Positions 16,224 through 28,214 of a DNA stretch of 64,000 nucleotides are shown here, piece by piece. The notes below the pieces were generated by a model that was not told the origin of the DNA, made no database searches, and saw only the letters and a list, made by a program, of their open reading frames with translations. A program made the position numbers and the translations under genes. The stretch is taken from the NCBI GenBank assembly GCA_965652795.1, contig CBFGXJ010000005.1, positions 25-64,024 on the forward strand, in the 5' to 3' direction. Numbering within the stretch: position 1 is the stretch's first letter; each line of letters starts with the position of its first letter. The DNA is from an uncultured bacterium. Its GTDB lineage: Bacteria; Patescibacteriota; Saccharimonadia; Saccharimonadales; UBA4665.

Positions 16224-16364
16224 AGTTATGAGCGCACGAATTACTTTAAGCATAACCGAATCTGTTGCTTTGTCAAGCAGATACTTATACAGTGTCATAT
16301 ATCCTCCGAATTTCCAGGTTACCAGGTGCGCCGTAACCTGCTACCATAAAGACAATTAAGAAGG

Positions 16365-17360
16365 GTGGCTATGAAAAAATCATATCGGTTACTCCTGCTC
16401 GCCGGCATCGTGCTCGCCGCAGGTATAGTTGGTTTTGGCTTTTATATGTTCGTCCATACAGTGATCCGCAATAATAGCATCAGTAATCAGGAGACCAGCC
16501 AGCGCCTGTACGCTAAAACGCTCGCCATCGATATCGAAGAGTTCTTTGAGGATGTCGAGAAGCGGATGGAGATCATCTCACTCTTCCCGACGATCAAAAA
16601 CGCCGAACGCAGCGAAAAATGCAACCAGGATTTGCAGTACCTGCTGGAGCACAACAGCGCTGTCTTCAGCAACCTGGGCCGCGTCAGCAAAGACGGCATC
16701 TTCGTGTGCGCCGTAAACAGAAGTATCGTTGGCGAGCCGGCCTCGAAATACGGTGACTACTTCCAGCGTGCCAAAGCCGATCCCGAACACAAAGCCGTCA
16801 TGAGCCGCCTGATTTACCCGACAGGTTCAGGCGAGCCGGTTATTGCGGTGCATGTGCCTGTTTTTAACGACAAGGGCGAATTCAACGGTACCATCGGCGG
16901 TGCGGTGTACTTCAGCGAATTCCAGCAGCACCTTTTGAACGATGTCAAGATCAGCCCGCGCAGTTTCGTCATCCTGCACGACGAAAACGGCGATATCTTG
17001 TACCATCCTGATCCGCTTATCCGCGGCAAGAACATTGCCAGCAAGGAAATGATGGACATGTTCACTCCGCGCCAGGTAATGAGCGATTTTGCAAACACCA
17101 TTAAGAAAGGCGGCTCGGGGCGACTGCAGTACTCTTTGCGCGGCCAGGAGCGCGTTGCGATGTATGAAAGGGCGAATGTCATCGGCCGCCATTGGACCGC
17201 TGTGATCGCCGTGCCCAGGCAAGACCTGGACAAAAGTACCCACGACTCCTCGGTACAGCAGCTGCTGATTGCCGTGGCCATTCTTCTGAGCCTCAGCCTG
17301 TGCCTACTAACCGTCTATGTACTGCGTACGCACACTAAGGTAAATCTGCTCAAGTGGTAA
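16365..17360 (+). CDS. Cache-like periplasmic sensor domain membrane protein without output domain
   Basis: Two TM helices flank about 260 aa with a Cache-type pattern (YPTGSGEPVIAVHVPVFNDKGEFNGTIGGAVYFSEF). About 15 cytoplasmic residues. 7-nt overlap with the kinase gene. Confidence 0.75.
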   Translation: MAMKKSYRLLLLAGIVLAAGIVGFGFYMFVHTVIRNNSISNQETSQRLYAKTLAIDIEEFFEDVEKRMEIISLFPTIKNAERSEKCNQDLQYLLEHNSAVFSNLGRVSKDGIFVCAVNRSIVGEPASKYGDYFQRAKADPEHKAVMSRLIYPTGSGEPVIAVHVPVFNDKGEFNGTIGGAVYFSEFQQHLLNDVKISPRSFVILHDENGDILYHPDPLIRGKNIASKEMMDMFTPRQVMSDFANTIKKGGSGRLQYSLRGQERVAMYERANVIGRHWTAVIAVPRQDLDKSTHDSSVQQLLIAVAILLSLSLCLLTVYVLRTHTKVNLLKW

Positions 17361-19558
17361 TGAAGAGGTCAAAAGACAGCTGGTTCAAAGCCGTTACCCG
17401 GCCTTTTGCCCGGCTTTCGCTCAAATACAAGCTATACGGCAGCTTTACCGTGCTCATCTTGCTGTTGGTGGCCTTCGCCGGCTTTGCATATTATCAGATT
17501 GCCGCCATCCAGGATAAGCACGTTCCCGCCCGGGCCGTCGCGCGCAATCTAGAGCAAGCCTTCAGCGACATGCAAACCCAGCAGTTGCAGCTTACCGACG
17601 AGCTAAACAGCCCCTACAACACCGCCTTCTACCTGCGGCGCCAAAGTCCGAACTTTGCCGCTTGGGAAGCCAACTACAACACTTTAACTGACGGCGCCGA
17701 CCAGTTGATACGACTCTACCCCGGCACGGCGCTGGCCGACCGGCTTGAAGGCACCAAGCCGCACTTTACGGCTTACCGCGACAACTTCCTGCAAATTATA
17801 AGCAAATACCAGCAGCGCGGCTTTAAGGACTTCGGCCGCGAGGGTACCATGCGCTTGCGTGCACAAGAACTTGAAAGAACGCTGAGCAATCCAGCCGACC
17901 AAGTGCTGCTCCTGCAAATGCGCCGGGCCGAAAAAGATTTCTTCCTGCGCCAAGAAGCCTCATACATTGAGACATTCAACCGCTACGCCAGCCAGCTGCG
18001 GGCACGTTTGGCGGCAGCCAACCAGAAGACATTAGCCGAAGAATATACCAACCTCTTCAACGAAATCGCCACACTCGACAAACAGATCGGTCTCACCCCC
18101 AACGATGGCTTGCGCGGCCGGATGAGCCAGACACTGTCGACCACCGAACCAGCCGTCCAAGCCAGTACGAGCGAAGTACTCAGCCGTACTTCGGACAGCA
18201 TAGCTGCCATCAACCGCACGCTTATCCCTGTAGCGGTCGTCTTTACGATTATTGCCATCACCCTGGCTGCGGTTATTTCCCGCTTTATAACCCGGCGGCT
18301 GCAAGCTTTGCTGCGCGCTACCCGTCAAATCGGTGCCGGCATGCTGCAACATCGCATCGCGGTCACCAATACCGATGAGCTAGGCATGCTGGCAGGCGGC
18401 TTCAACAGCATGGCCGACCGCTTGCAAGCTGCCCGGCAAGAGCTGGACGAACGGGCAGCCGCGCTCGCCGGCAGCGTTAAGAAATTCGAGCTTGCCTCCA
18501 AGGCCGTTAACGAAGCTATCTACGACTGGGATATACACGCCGACACGCTGGTGTGGGGAGAAGGTCTGCACACGGTCTTCGGCTACGGCCATGAGCAACT
18601 CCAGACATCGATCAGCTGGTGGACGGACCGTATCCACCCCGACGATGCGCCAAAGGTCAACGACACGTTAGACAAGGTGTTTGCTAAGAAGAAATCATAC
18701 TGGGCGGCCGGCTACCGCTTCAAGCGGCACGACGGCCAATACGCCTACGTTGAAGACCGCGGTTTCATAGAATACGAGAGCGGCGAGCCGGTGCGCATGG
18801 TGGGTTCGCTGATCGACATTACCCGCCAGCGTGAGCTGGACCGGGCCAAAGACGAGTTTATATCAGTTGCCTCACACCAGTTGCGGACGCCTCTCGGTGG
18901 TATCCGCTGGAATCTTGAGCTCATCCTGGAGGAAAGCCGCCGCTTCAGCAAAGAAACGCGCGAAGTCCTGCAGACTGCCTATAAAAGCACTTTGCGCATG
19001 ATCGGGCTCGTCAACGACCTATTGAGTGTGGCCCGCATCGAGCAACACCGCGTCCAAGACACACCGGCACCGACCCAACTAGTCGAGGTCATCCGTATGG
19101 CCGCCAGCGAAATGGCACCGCTTATCAAGCAGGCAGACGTCACGCTGGCTATCGTTGAGAAAGGCCGTGCCGCCCCTGTAGTACTCGACGCCAAGCGGTT
19201 CCGCGAAGCCATTCAGAACCTAATGTCCAACGCCGTTAAATACACGCCGGCCCGCGGACGCGTTACCGTAACCCTCAACTACAGCCCCAAAGATATTGTG
19301 ATCAGTGTCGCCGACACCGGCATTGGCATTCCCAAAGAGGACTTGCACCACCTCTTCCAAAAATTCTTCCGGGCCAGTAATGTTACCACTACCGACACCG
19401 AGGGTAGCGGCCTCGGCCTCTTCGTGGTTAAATCATATGTTGAAGCTTGGGGCGGTAAAATCTGGCTGGAATCAGAGGTTAATAAGGGAACGACGTTTTA
19501 TATCAGCATCCCTGCCAAACCGCGAAGACAACGAATAACACCTCAACAGGAGAAATAA
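17354..19558 (+). CDS. sensor histidine kinase (2 TM, HAMP, PAS/PAC, HisKA, HATPase_c)
   Basis: H-box SVASHQLRTPL, N-box NLMSNAVKYT and G-boxes DTGIGI / GSGLGL. PAS/PAC region (WWTDRIHPDD...GYRFKRHDGQYAYVEDRG). Confidence 0.93.
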   Translation: MVMKRSKDSWFKAVTRPFARLSLKYKLYGSFTVLILLLVAFAGFAYYQIAAIQDKHVPARAVARNLEQAFSDMQTQQLQLTDELNSPYNTAFYLRRQSPNFAAWEANYNTLTDGADQLIRLYPGTALADRLEGTKPHFTAYRDNFLQIISKYQQRGFKDFGREGTMRLRAQELERTLSNPADQVLLLQMRRAEKDFFLRQEASYIETFNRYASQLRARLAAANQKTLAEEYTNLFNEIATLDKQIGLTPNDGLRGRMSQTLSTTEPAVQASTSEVLSRTSDSIAAINRTLIPVAVVFTIIAITLAAVISRFITRRLQALLRATRQIGAGMLQHRIAVTNTDELGMLAGGFNSMADRLQAARQELDERAAALAGSVKKFELASKAVNEAIYDWDIHADTLVWGEGLHTVFGYGHEQLQTSISWWTDRIHPDDAPKVNDTLDKVFAKKKSYWAAGYRFKRHDGQYAYVEDRGFIEYESGEPVRMVGSLIDITRQRELDRAKDEFISVASHQLRTPLGGIRWNLELILEESRRFSKETREVLQTAYKSTLRMIGLVNDLLSVARIEQHRVQDTPAPTQLVEVIRMAASEMAPLIKQADVTLAIVEKGRAAPVVLDAKRFREAIQNLMSNAVKYTPARGRVTVTLNYSPKDIVISVADTGIGIPKEDLHHLFQKFFRASNVTTTDTEGSGLGLFVVKSYVEAWGGKIWLESEVNKGTTFYISIPAKPRRQRITPQQEK

Positions 19559-19562
19559 CAGC

Positions 19563-19943
19563 ATGACACGACAAAAAGCGTTGATTCTGGTAGCCGAAGA
19601 CGACCACGCCTACGGCAAGGCATACGTCAATAAACTGGCCGCTGAAGGCTACGAAGTCGTTTGGGTTAGTAACGGCGGCGAGGTTATGCCTGCTCTTCGC
19701 GAGCGGCGGCCGGATTTGCTGATGCTCGATCTTATAATGCCTGACCGGACCGGGCTCAGCATCCTTGAGGAACTGCGCGCCGACCCGAACCTAAAGGACC
19801 TCAAAGTTATCGTGGCTTCCAATCTAAGCAACGACATCGACAAAAGCCAAGTAGCGAAGTTCGAGGTGCAGGATTACTTCGTTAAGTCGGACGTATCGAT
19901 TGGCGAGATGATGACACGGCTGCGAAGCGTCCTGCGAGCATAA
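19563..19943 (+). CDS. single-domain response regulator (receiver only)
   Basis: 126 aa. Acidic pocket AEDD, phospho-acceptor in LLMLDLIMPD and VIVASN. No output domain. Confidence 0.92.
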   Translation: MTRQKALILVAEDDHAYGKAYVNKLAAEGYEVVWVSNGGEVMPALRERRPDLLMLDLIMPDRTGLSILEELRADPNLKDLKVIVASNLSNDIDKSQVAKFEVQDYFVKSDVSIGEMMTRLRSVLRA

Positions 19944-19997
19944 ACAGCCGCAAAGCGACTTATGCGCATGCAGCGCACTTTGTGGCGGCAGCGCAGG

Positions 19998-20540
19998 TTA
20001 TTGCTGCAAGAATTCGCGCAGCTTGGCAAGCCCCTTAGTACGGTACGAGGTAGCGGCGTAATCTTCTGGGGTCATTTCGCCGCGGGTCACCGCAAAACCA
20101 TCATTCATAAAGATAGGGTCGAAGCCGAAGCCGCCGGTGCCGCGCGGAACCGCCACCAAACGGCCGCGCATCTCACCTTCAAAAAACCGCACTTCACCAC
20201 CGTCACAATAGCCGTAGCAAGCCGTGCCGACCGCTTCCTGGCTTTCAAGGCCGGCCGCTAGCTTCGCCAAGCCTTCTATGCCCAGTTCTTCGATAAACCA
20301 CTTGATGTACGGGCCGGGTAAGCGTCCCATCGCCGTCAGCACCAGTGCGGCGTCTTCCACCAGCACCGGGCGCTGCAAGAGCTGGTATGCCTGGCGGGCT
20401 TTATGCTCGGTTATCTTGCGCAGGTCCAGCGACTGTATCTCGTCGAGGTCCAGCTGATGATGTGCTACGGGCAGGCCGAGCCAGGCGGTTACTTGGGCTA
20501 CTTTATTTTTGTTGCCGGTTATAAATGTTATTTGGGTCAT
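19998..20540 (-). CDS. rdgB: dITP/XTP pyrophosphatase (RdgB/HAM1 family)
   Basis: ITFITGNKNK, VEDAAL and FGFDPIF motifs. ATG at 20538..20540 is preceded by TATACT plus 6 nt. The ORF-track N-terminal extension of 25 codons was rejected. Confidence 0.88.
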   Translation of the reverse strand: MTQITFITGNKNKVAQVTAWLGLPVAHHQLDLDEIQSLDLRKITEHKARQAYQLLQRPVLVEDAALVLTAMGRLPGPYIKWFIEELGIEGLAKLAAGLESQEAVGTACYGYCDGGEVRFFEGEMRGRLVAVPRGTGGFGFDPIFMNDGFAVTRGEMTPEDYAATSYRTKGLAKLREFLQQ

Positions 20541-20627
20541 ACGTGTAGTATACAGGTTTGGTTGGTTAGGGGCGTACTGGCTTCTGTCGGTCATCAACCG
20601 GGCTGGGATCCGCATGCTAACGGCCTG

Positions 20628-21659
20628 TTAGGAGGCTGGGCTGTCATCAGGCCGATCGCCTCGCTCCGGCAGCCGCTTGGCGACGATGTTTCGCCAGAAG
20701 TTCATCACACTCTCCGAGACGTTGTGCGGTGTACATTGCGTAAGGGTAGCCCCCGCCGCCAGGCGGCTATCCACAAAATCCAGGTAATCCGCCAAGCTTA
20801 CTATATCAACATACTCAAGGGGGCCACCGCTAATGGTAGCCTTTGCCGGATCGATGAACCTGACCGCATAGCCTTCGACACCGGCACTCCCTTGCTTTCG
20901 GCGGTGAAGCTCTTCCCTGATGAGCACGTTCCAGCTGCGCCGTCCGATCTTGCGGGCAGTCACCAGGTCTATACCCAGCGCGGCGGCATATTCCTGCTCG
21001 GCAAACCTCATGAAGTCGGCTTCTTCGGCCGGCTCGAGGCGGCCCTCTAAAGATTGCTCGGGCACATATTTAGTGAAGGCTTCCCCCTCCGGCTGGACCT
21101 GCGCCGGAATCGGCACGAACGGATCGATACCCAACTTGCTGGTAGTAAACCGGCGCCAAAACCCGACAACGTCCTGAAAGCCATTGCGCGGGGTTATGTC
21201 GCGCAATGCAGCGCCCTGGTGCAAACGCGCATCGATAATGTCCAGATACACCGCCAAGCTGCCGACATCGAGAGCATCCGGCTCCTCATCCGGTTCTTGT
21301 ACCGCCCTGCCTATGGCATCTACGAATCGTACCGGATACGGGTCGCATGGCACTTCGCCGGTTCGGCGGCGTTCCCTATCCGTTATGGCGAGTACGCTCC
21401 ACGATTTCGTACCCAAGTTCGTGCGGCCGTCCGACGACGTCTCTCTTGAAAACTGTTTGAATTCTTCCTTGGTGGCGGTAACGAGCGCCGGCTCAAGTTC
21501 AGGCTGCCCTTGGATGGCCGCTTGGTCGATATTCGTAACGGTAACATCGGTGCTGCCGGTAAGCCGCAACAGGACGCCGATCCGCCACCATACCTCAGGC
21601 GGCGCACTAATAATATGCGCTATCTGCTCGGAGCGTGCACCTATCGATTCTCCCATCAC
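20628..21659 (-). CDS. hypothetical protein made of two tandem ~125-aa repeats, each ending in an HTH-like module
   Basis: Repeat 1: SWSVLAITDRERRRTGEV..YPVRFVDAIG...VGSLAVYLDIIDARLHQGAALRDITPRNGFQDVVGFWRRF. Repeat 2: SWNVLIREELHRRKQGSAGVEGYAVRFIDPAK...IVSLADYLDFVDSRLAAGATLTQCTPHNVSESVMNFWRNI. TGGTATATT box (21666..21674) 6 nt upstream of the GTG/ATG start. Confidence 0.7.
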   Translation of the reverse strand: MMGESIGARSEQIAHIISAPPEVWWRIGVLLRLTGSTDVTVTNIDQAAIQGQPELEPALVTATKEEFKQFSRETSSDGRTNLGTKSWSVLAITDRERRRTGEVPCDPYPVRFVDAIGRAVQEPDEEPDALDVGSLAVYLDIIDARLHQGAALRDITPRNGFQDVVGFWRRFTTSKLGIDPFVPIPAQVQPEGEAFTKYVPEQSLEGRLEPAEEADFMRFAEQEYAAALGIDLVTARKIGRRSWNVLIREELHRRKQGSAGVEGYAVRFIDPAKATISGGPLEYVDIVSLADYLDFVDSRLAAGATLTQCTPHNVSESVMNFWRNIVAKRLPERGDRPDDSPAS

Positions 21660-21774
21660 AGCGCAAATATACCACAGACTGCCGGATTTGTTCGTATTAT
21701 TTCGTACGACCTTTCTGCCAGGATTCCTATCGTGCCTTAACCCGACTTATAGCCGGTATTCCGCCTGGAGTACG

Positions 21775-22302
21775 CTACTGTTGAACGATGCCCGCCTCGG
21801 CTTCTTGCAGCTCGCTTATGCAGGCGCTGATCGTCGTCTCGGTACGAAGCTTGGCCTCGCAGTCGTCAAACCGCAGCGAAATCCACTTGCTGTGCGGCTC
21901 GTTTGCCTCCGGCGTCCATGTCAGGTCGGGCTCTTTTGCCAGGGCTTCCTCAGGAGCCACGCCTTTTGGCAACAAGAAATCCACGTGGTCCAACCCTACC
22001 GGGCAGTTCGAGCCGGGACGCCGCTGCATAAGTTTGACCAAAGGGATTTCGCAGCATAAGTGTCCTGGGTCACGCAAAATGAACGTCGCGATCCAGCGCT
22101 CATTGATCCAGGCAAGGTGCGCCTGCGAGGAAACCGCCCGCAGCTGTTTGAAAAGGTGGTCGAACTCGGCCATGTCTTCAGTTTTCCAGCCCACGCCGGC
22201 GATTTTGAGCGACCCGAAGAACGCAGGGTCAACCCGGGCAGCTACCAGCGCGTGCCATTTTTTATGGAACGCTTCCAGGGCTTCGTTAAGTGGTCCGAAC
22301 AT
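21775..22302 (-). CDS. YecM-like VOC (glyoxalase-fold) family protein
   Basis: INERWIATFILRDP and VKLMQRRPGSNCPVGLDHVDFLLP parallel the E. coli YecM blocks INGRPICLFKLHEP and VELPWPGEKRYPHEGWEHIEIVLP (recalled from memory). ATG at 22300..22302 has a strong SD (GGAGGAG). The longer ORF-track start overlaps ligA. Confidence 0.6.
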   Translation of the reverse strand: MFGPLNEALEAFHKKWHALVAARVDPAFFGSLKIAGVGWKTEDMAEFDHLFKQLRAVSSQAHLAWINERWIATFILRDPGHLCCEIPLVKLMQRRPGSNCPVGLDHVDFLLPKGVAPEEALAKEPDLTWTPEANEPHSKWISLRFDDCEAKLRTETTISACISELQEAEAGIVQQ

Positions 22303-22330
22303 AGCTCCTCCTTCTTCTGATTTACCTATA

Positions 22331-25377
<3,047 letters not shown>

Positions 25378-25386
25378 ACCCCGCTA

Positions 25387-26265
25387 TTATAGATGACCTT
25401 CCATCTCGCGCAAACGGCGGATACGGTCTTCAACCGGCGGGTGGGTGCTGAAGAGCTTGGCGAGCGCCTTGCCCTTCAAAGGATTAGCAAAGAACAGGTG
25501 CGCCGTGGCGGTATTTTGCTTGCGCATGGTTGAGCCGTGGTCGCGGATTTTCTCGAGCGCGCGGGCCAAGCCCTCCGGGTAGCGCGTCGTGAGCGCACCG
25601 GTGCTATCGGCCAGGTACTCGCGCCGGCGCGACACTGCCAGCTGCACCAGCATGGCGATAATCGGCGCCGCAATGGCCGCCACAATCGCCAGTACGATAA
25701 AAATCGGGTTAGGCGAACGGTTGTCGTCGTTACCGCTAAACCACATGAAATGCAGGATCATGTCGGCGATAAAGCCGATGGCGCTGACCAGCCCGAAGAC
25801 GATCATCATCACCCGGATGTCGAAGTTCTGGACATGCCCCATCTCGTGAGCCATGACAGCCTCAAGTTCGGTGTCGTCCATGGCTTCCAGCAGGCCGGTC
25901 GTAGCTGCCACGACGGCGTGGTCGGGGTCACGGCCGGTCGCGAACGCGTTCAAGGCCTGGTCTTCGATGATGTATACCTTTGGCATTGGCATGCCGGTCG
26001 TAATCGCCAGGTTCTCAACGATGCGGTACAGGCGCGGGTTGTCGCGCTTCTGGATCTCTTTGGCGCCGTTCATAGCCAGCGCGATCTTGGATGCCAGGAA
26101 GTACTGTACCAGCGCGTAACCGCCACCGACGATGAACGCCAGATAGAGGAACATCGGCTGGCCGTACAAACTGCTCACCACCCAGCCCATCAAACCGATG
26201 ATGACCAAAAACAGAAACATTATCAGCCAGGTTTTGCGCTTATTGGCTGCGATTTGACTGTACAT
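25387..26265 (-). CDS. htpX: zinc metalloprotease HtpX (M48)
   Basis: HEMGH motif, four TM segments and the typical NAFATG block. Confidence 0.93.
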   Translation of the reverse strand: MYSQIAANKRKTWLIMFLFLVIIGLMGWVVSSLYGQPMFLYLAFIVGGGYALVQYFLASKIALAMNGAKEIQKRDNPRLYRIVENLAITTGMPMPKVYIIEDQALNAFATGRDPDHAVVAATTGLLEAMDDTELEAVMAHEMGHVQNFDIRVMMIVFGLVSAIGFIADMILHFMWFSGNDDNRSPNPIFIVLAIVAAIAAPIIAMLVQLAVSRRREYLADSTGALTTRYPEGLARALEKIRDHGSTMRKQNTATAHLFFANPLKGKALAKLFSTHPPVEDRIRRLREMEGHL

Positions 26266-26307
26266 GTACTCTCCTACTCGTGCCTACGTCTTTTACGAGT
26301 GTACCAG

Positions 26308-26862
26308 CTAAAACTTGACTTCTACTGGAGTTTCAACGGCGGCGCGGTCTTCGACTTCAAAGAACTCGCGCTTCTTGAAACCGAACATGCCGGCGACCAA
26401 ATTGGACGGGAAGGTGTCAACCTTAATGTTCAACTGGCGGACTGCGCCGTTGTAGAAGCGGCGGGCGGCCATGATCTTATCTTCGGTGTCGGTCAGCTCG
26501 GCCTGCAGCTGCTGGAAGTTCTCGCTGGCGCGCAGCTGCGGGTAGTTCTCGGCGACGGCAAAGAGGCTCTTCAGCGCGGCTTCGAATTGGTTTTCGGCGG
26601 CGGCGGTTTCCTTGACGCCCTGGGCGTTCAAGGTGTTAGCGCGCGCGTTGGTGACGTTCTCGATGACTTCTTTTTCGTGTTTGGCATAGCCCTTGACAGC
26701 GTTCACGAGGTTAGGAATGAGGTCTAAGCGGCGCTTCAGCTGGACGGTAATATCGCTCCAGGCTTCATCGGTACGCATGCGCAGGGTAACGAGGCCGTTA
26801 TAGAGTACGATGCCGATGATGAGAATTAGTACCACTACACCGACGATAATCCAGACTGTCAT
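26308..26862 (-). CDS. lemA: LemA family protein
   Basis: N-terminal TM helix plus the LemA pattern (YNGLV.LR...AWSDI.VQLKRR.DLIPNLV..VKGYA.HE). SD AAGGAG. Confidence 0.92.
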   Translation of the reverse strand: MTVWIIVGVVVLILIIGIVLYNGLVTLRMRTDEAWSDITVQLKRRLDLIPNLVNAVKGYAKHEKEVIENVTNARANTLNAQGVKETAAAENQFEAALKSLFAVAENYPQLRASENFQQLQAELTDTEDKIMAARRFYNGAVRQLNIKVDTFPSNLVAGMFGFKKREFFEVEDRAAVETPVEVKF

Positions 26863-26933
26863 GTTTCTTTATAACTCCTTAAGAACTTATGTATTAAGTA
26901 TAGCATATGCGCGTGATGTTGTATTATGGTCAT

Positions 26934-28160
26934 ATGTATAGCGTGCGGGCAAAGCGCAAACGCAAACATACGTCGATCTTACGAAAAGCAACGCTTGTTA
27001 TCTTACCGCTGTTGCTGGTCGCCGGACTGCTTGCCAATGCTTTCCGCCCCTTGCCTGCCGCCACCGCCACACCCGAAGGGCTCGTCAGCACCGTCAGCGC
27101 CGTTAAGCTGGCCTGGCCGAGCGCCGGCTCGGCTGCTATCGGTGCACAGGGCTTCGGCGTACTGGACGCCACCGGCGCAGTCACCGCCCGGCCGATGGCA
27201 AGCCTGGCTAAACTAGTCACCGCCCTGGCGCTGATTGAGCAAAAACCGTTCAAACTGGGCCAGCAGGGCGAAACCTACACCATTACCGAGCGCGACGTCG
27301 ACTTGTACGCAAGCTATCTGGCCCAAGGCGGCGCCGTCGCCAAAGTAGCCTTAGGCGAAAAGATCACGGAATACCAGATGCTGCAAGCCATGCTGCTGCC
27401 CTCAGCCAATAACATGGCCGACACGGCGGCGCTGTGGGCCTTCGGCTCGATGGATGCGTACCTCGCCTACGCCAACGGCATGGCGAAGCGGTTCGGGCTC
27501 AAGCAAATGGTATTAGCCGACGACGCCAGCGGCATGTCGCCCAAAAGCATCGCCACTACCCGAGAACTCGTCCGCCTGGGCGAATACGTCATGGACAACC
27601 CAGTACTGGCTAACATAGTCGGGCAAAAATCGGCCACCATACCGGTGGCCGGCACCATCAACAGCGCCAATGCCCGGTTAGGCTACAACAACATCATCGG
27701 CATCAAAACCGGCCTTACCGACGAAGCCGGCGGCTGCTTCCTGTTTGCGGCCGGACACAAGCTGCCCACCGGCGAAAACGTAGTCCTGATCGGCGTGATC
27801 CTGGGCGCACCCAACCTGGTAGCCGCCTTTGATGCCAGCGAGCCGCTGCTGAATTCCGCCAAACCGCACTTCGCGGTTGCGCGGGCGGCGCAGGCGGGCC
27901 AAAAGATTGCTTCGTACCAAACGCCCTGGGGTGCGCGCTCCGATGTCGTCGCGGCGGGCAATATCGACATGGTGATGTGGAAGGGCGTGCCGCTCACACC
28001 CAGCATCAATCTGCACCAGCCCAGCCACGCCAGCAACAAAGGCGACGTCGTCGGCACCTACACCGTCCGCTCTGGTCTCAACGGTAAATCTACTAAAATC
28101 CTTTTGAGAAATGACCTGCCGGGCCCGTCATTGATGTGGCGCCTAACCCGGCTTGATTAG
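26934..28160 (+). CDS. D-alanyl-D-alanine carboxypeptidase (S11, PBP5-like)
   Basis: SLAK (SxxK), SANN (SxN) and KTG motifs. N-terminal TM anchor. ATG at 26934 is preceded by TATTAT plus 6 nt. The ORF-track start at 26907 is possible but less likely. Confidence 0.88.
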   Translation: MYSVRAKRKRKHTSILRKATLVILPLLLVAGLLANAFRPLPAATATPEGLVSTVSAVKLAWPSAGSAAIGAQGFGVLDATGAVTARPMASLAKLVTALALIEQKPFKLGQQGETYTITERDVDLYASYLAQGGAVAKVALGEKITEYQMLQAMLLPSANNMADTAALWAFGSMDAYLAYANGMAKRFGLKQMVLADDASGMSPKSIATTRELVRLGEYVMDNPVLANIVGQKSATIPVAGTINSANARLGYNNIIGIKTGLTDEAGGCFLFAAGHKLPTGENVVLIGVILGAPNLVAAFDASEPLLNSAKPHFAVARAAQAGQKIASYQTPWGARSDVVAAGNIDMVMWKGVPLTPSINLHQPSHASNKGDVVGTYTVRSGLNGKSTKILLRNDLPGPSLMWRLTRLD

Positions 28161-28214
28161 GCTATCCTTACATAGCATGCGGTGAGCCGATATCGCCTGG
28201 GGGGATGTCGTGAA

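Noticed and set aside
16062-16364. A canonical M-box (ykoK) Mg2+ riboswitch upstream of corA, and a T-box upstream of leuS (9925..10108).
   Set aside because: I could not recognise the conserved M-box core or the T-box/specifier-loop elements. The leuS leader is also too short. The structures are reported only as uncharacterised candidates.
25537-26727. 396-aa plus-strand ORF running antisense across htpX, the htpX-lemA spacer and lemA.
   Set aside because: The opposite strand encodes two proteins with clear family signatures (HEMGH, LemA pattern). The antisense product is Arg/His/Asp/Gly/Val-rich with no motif. Long stop-free antisense frames are expected in GC-rich, GC3-biased genes.
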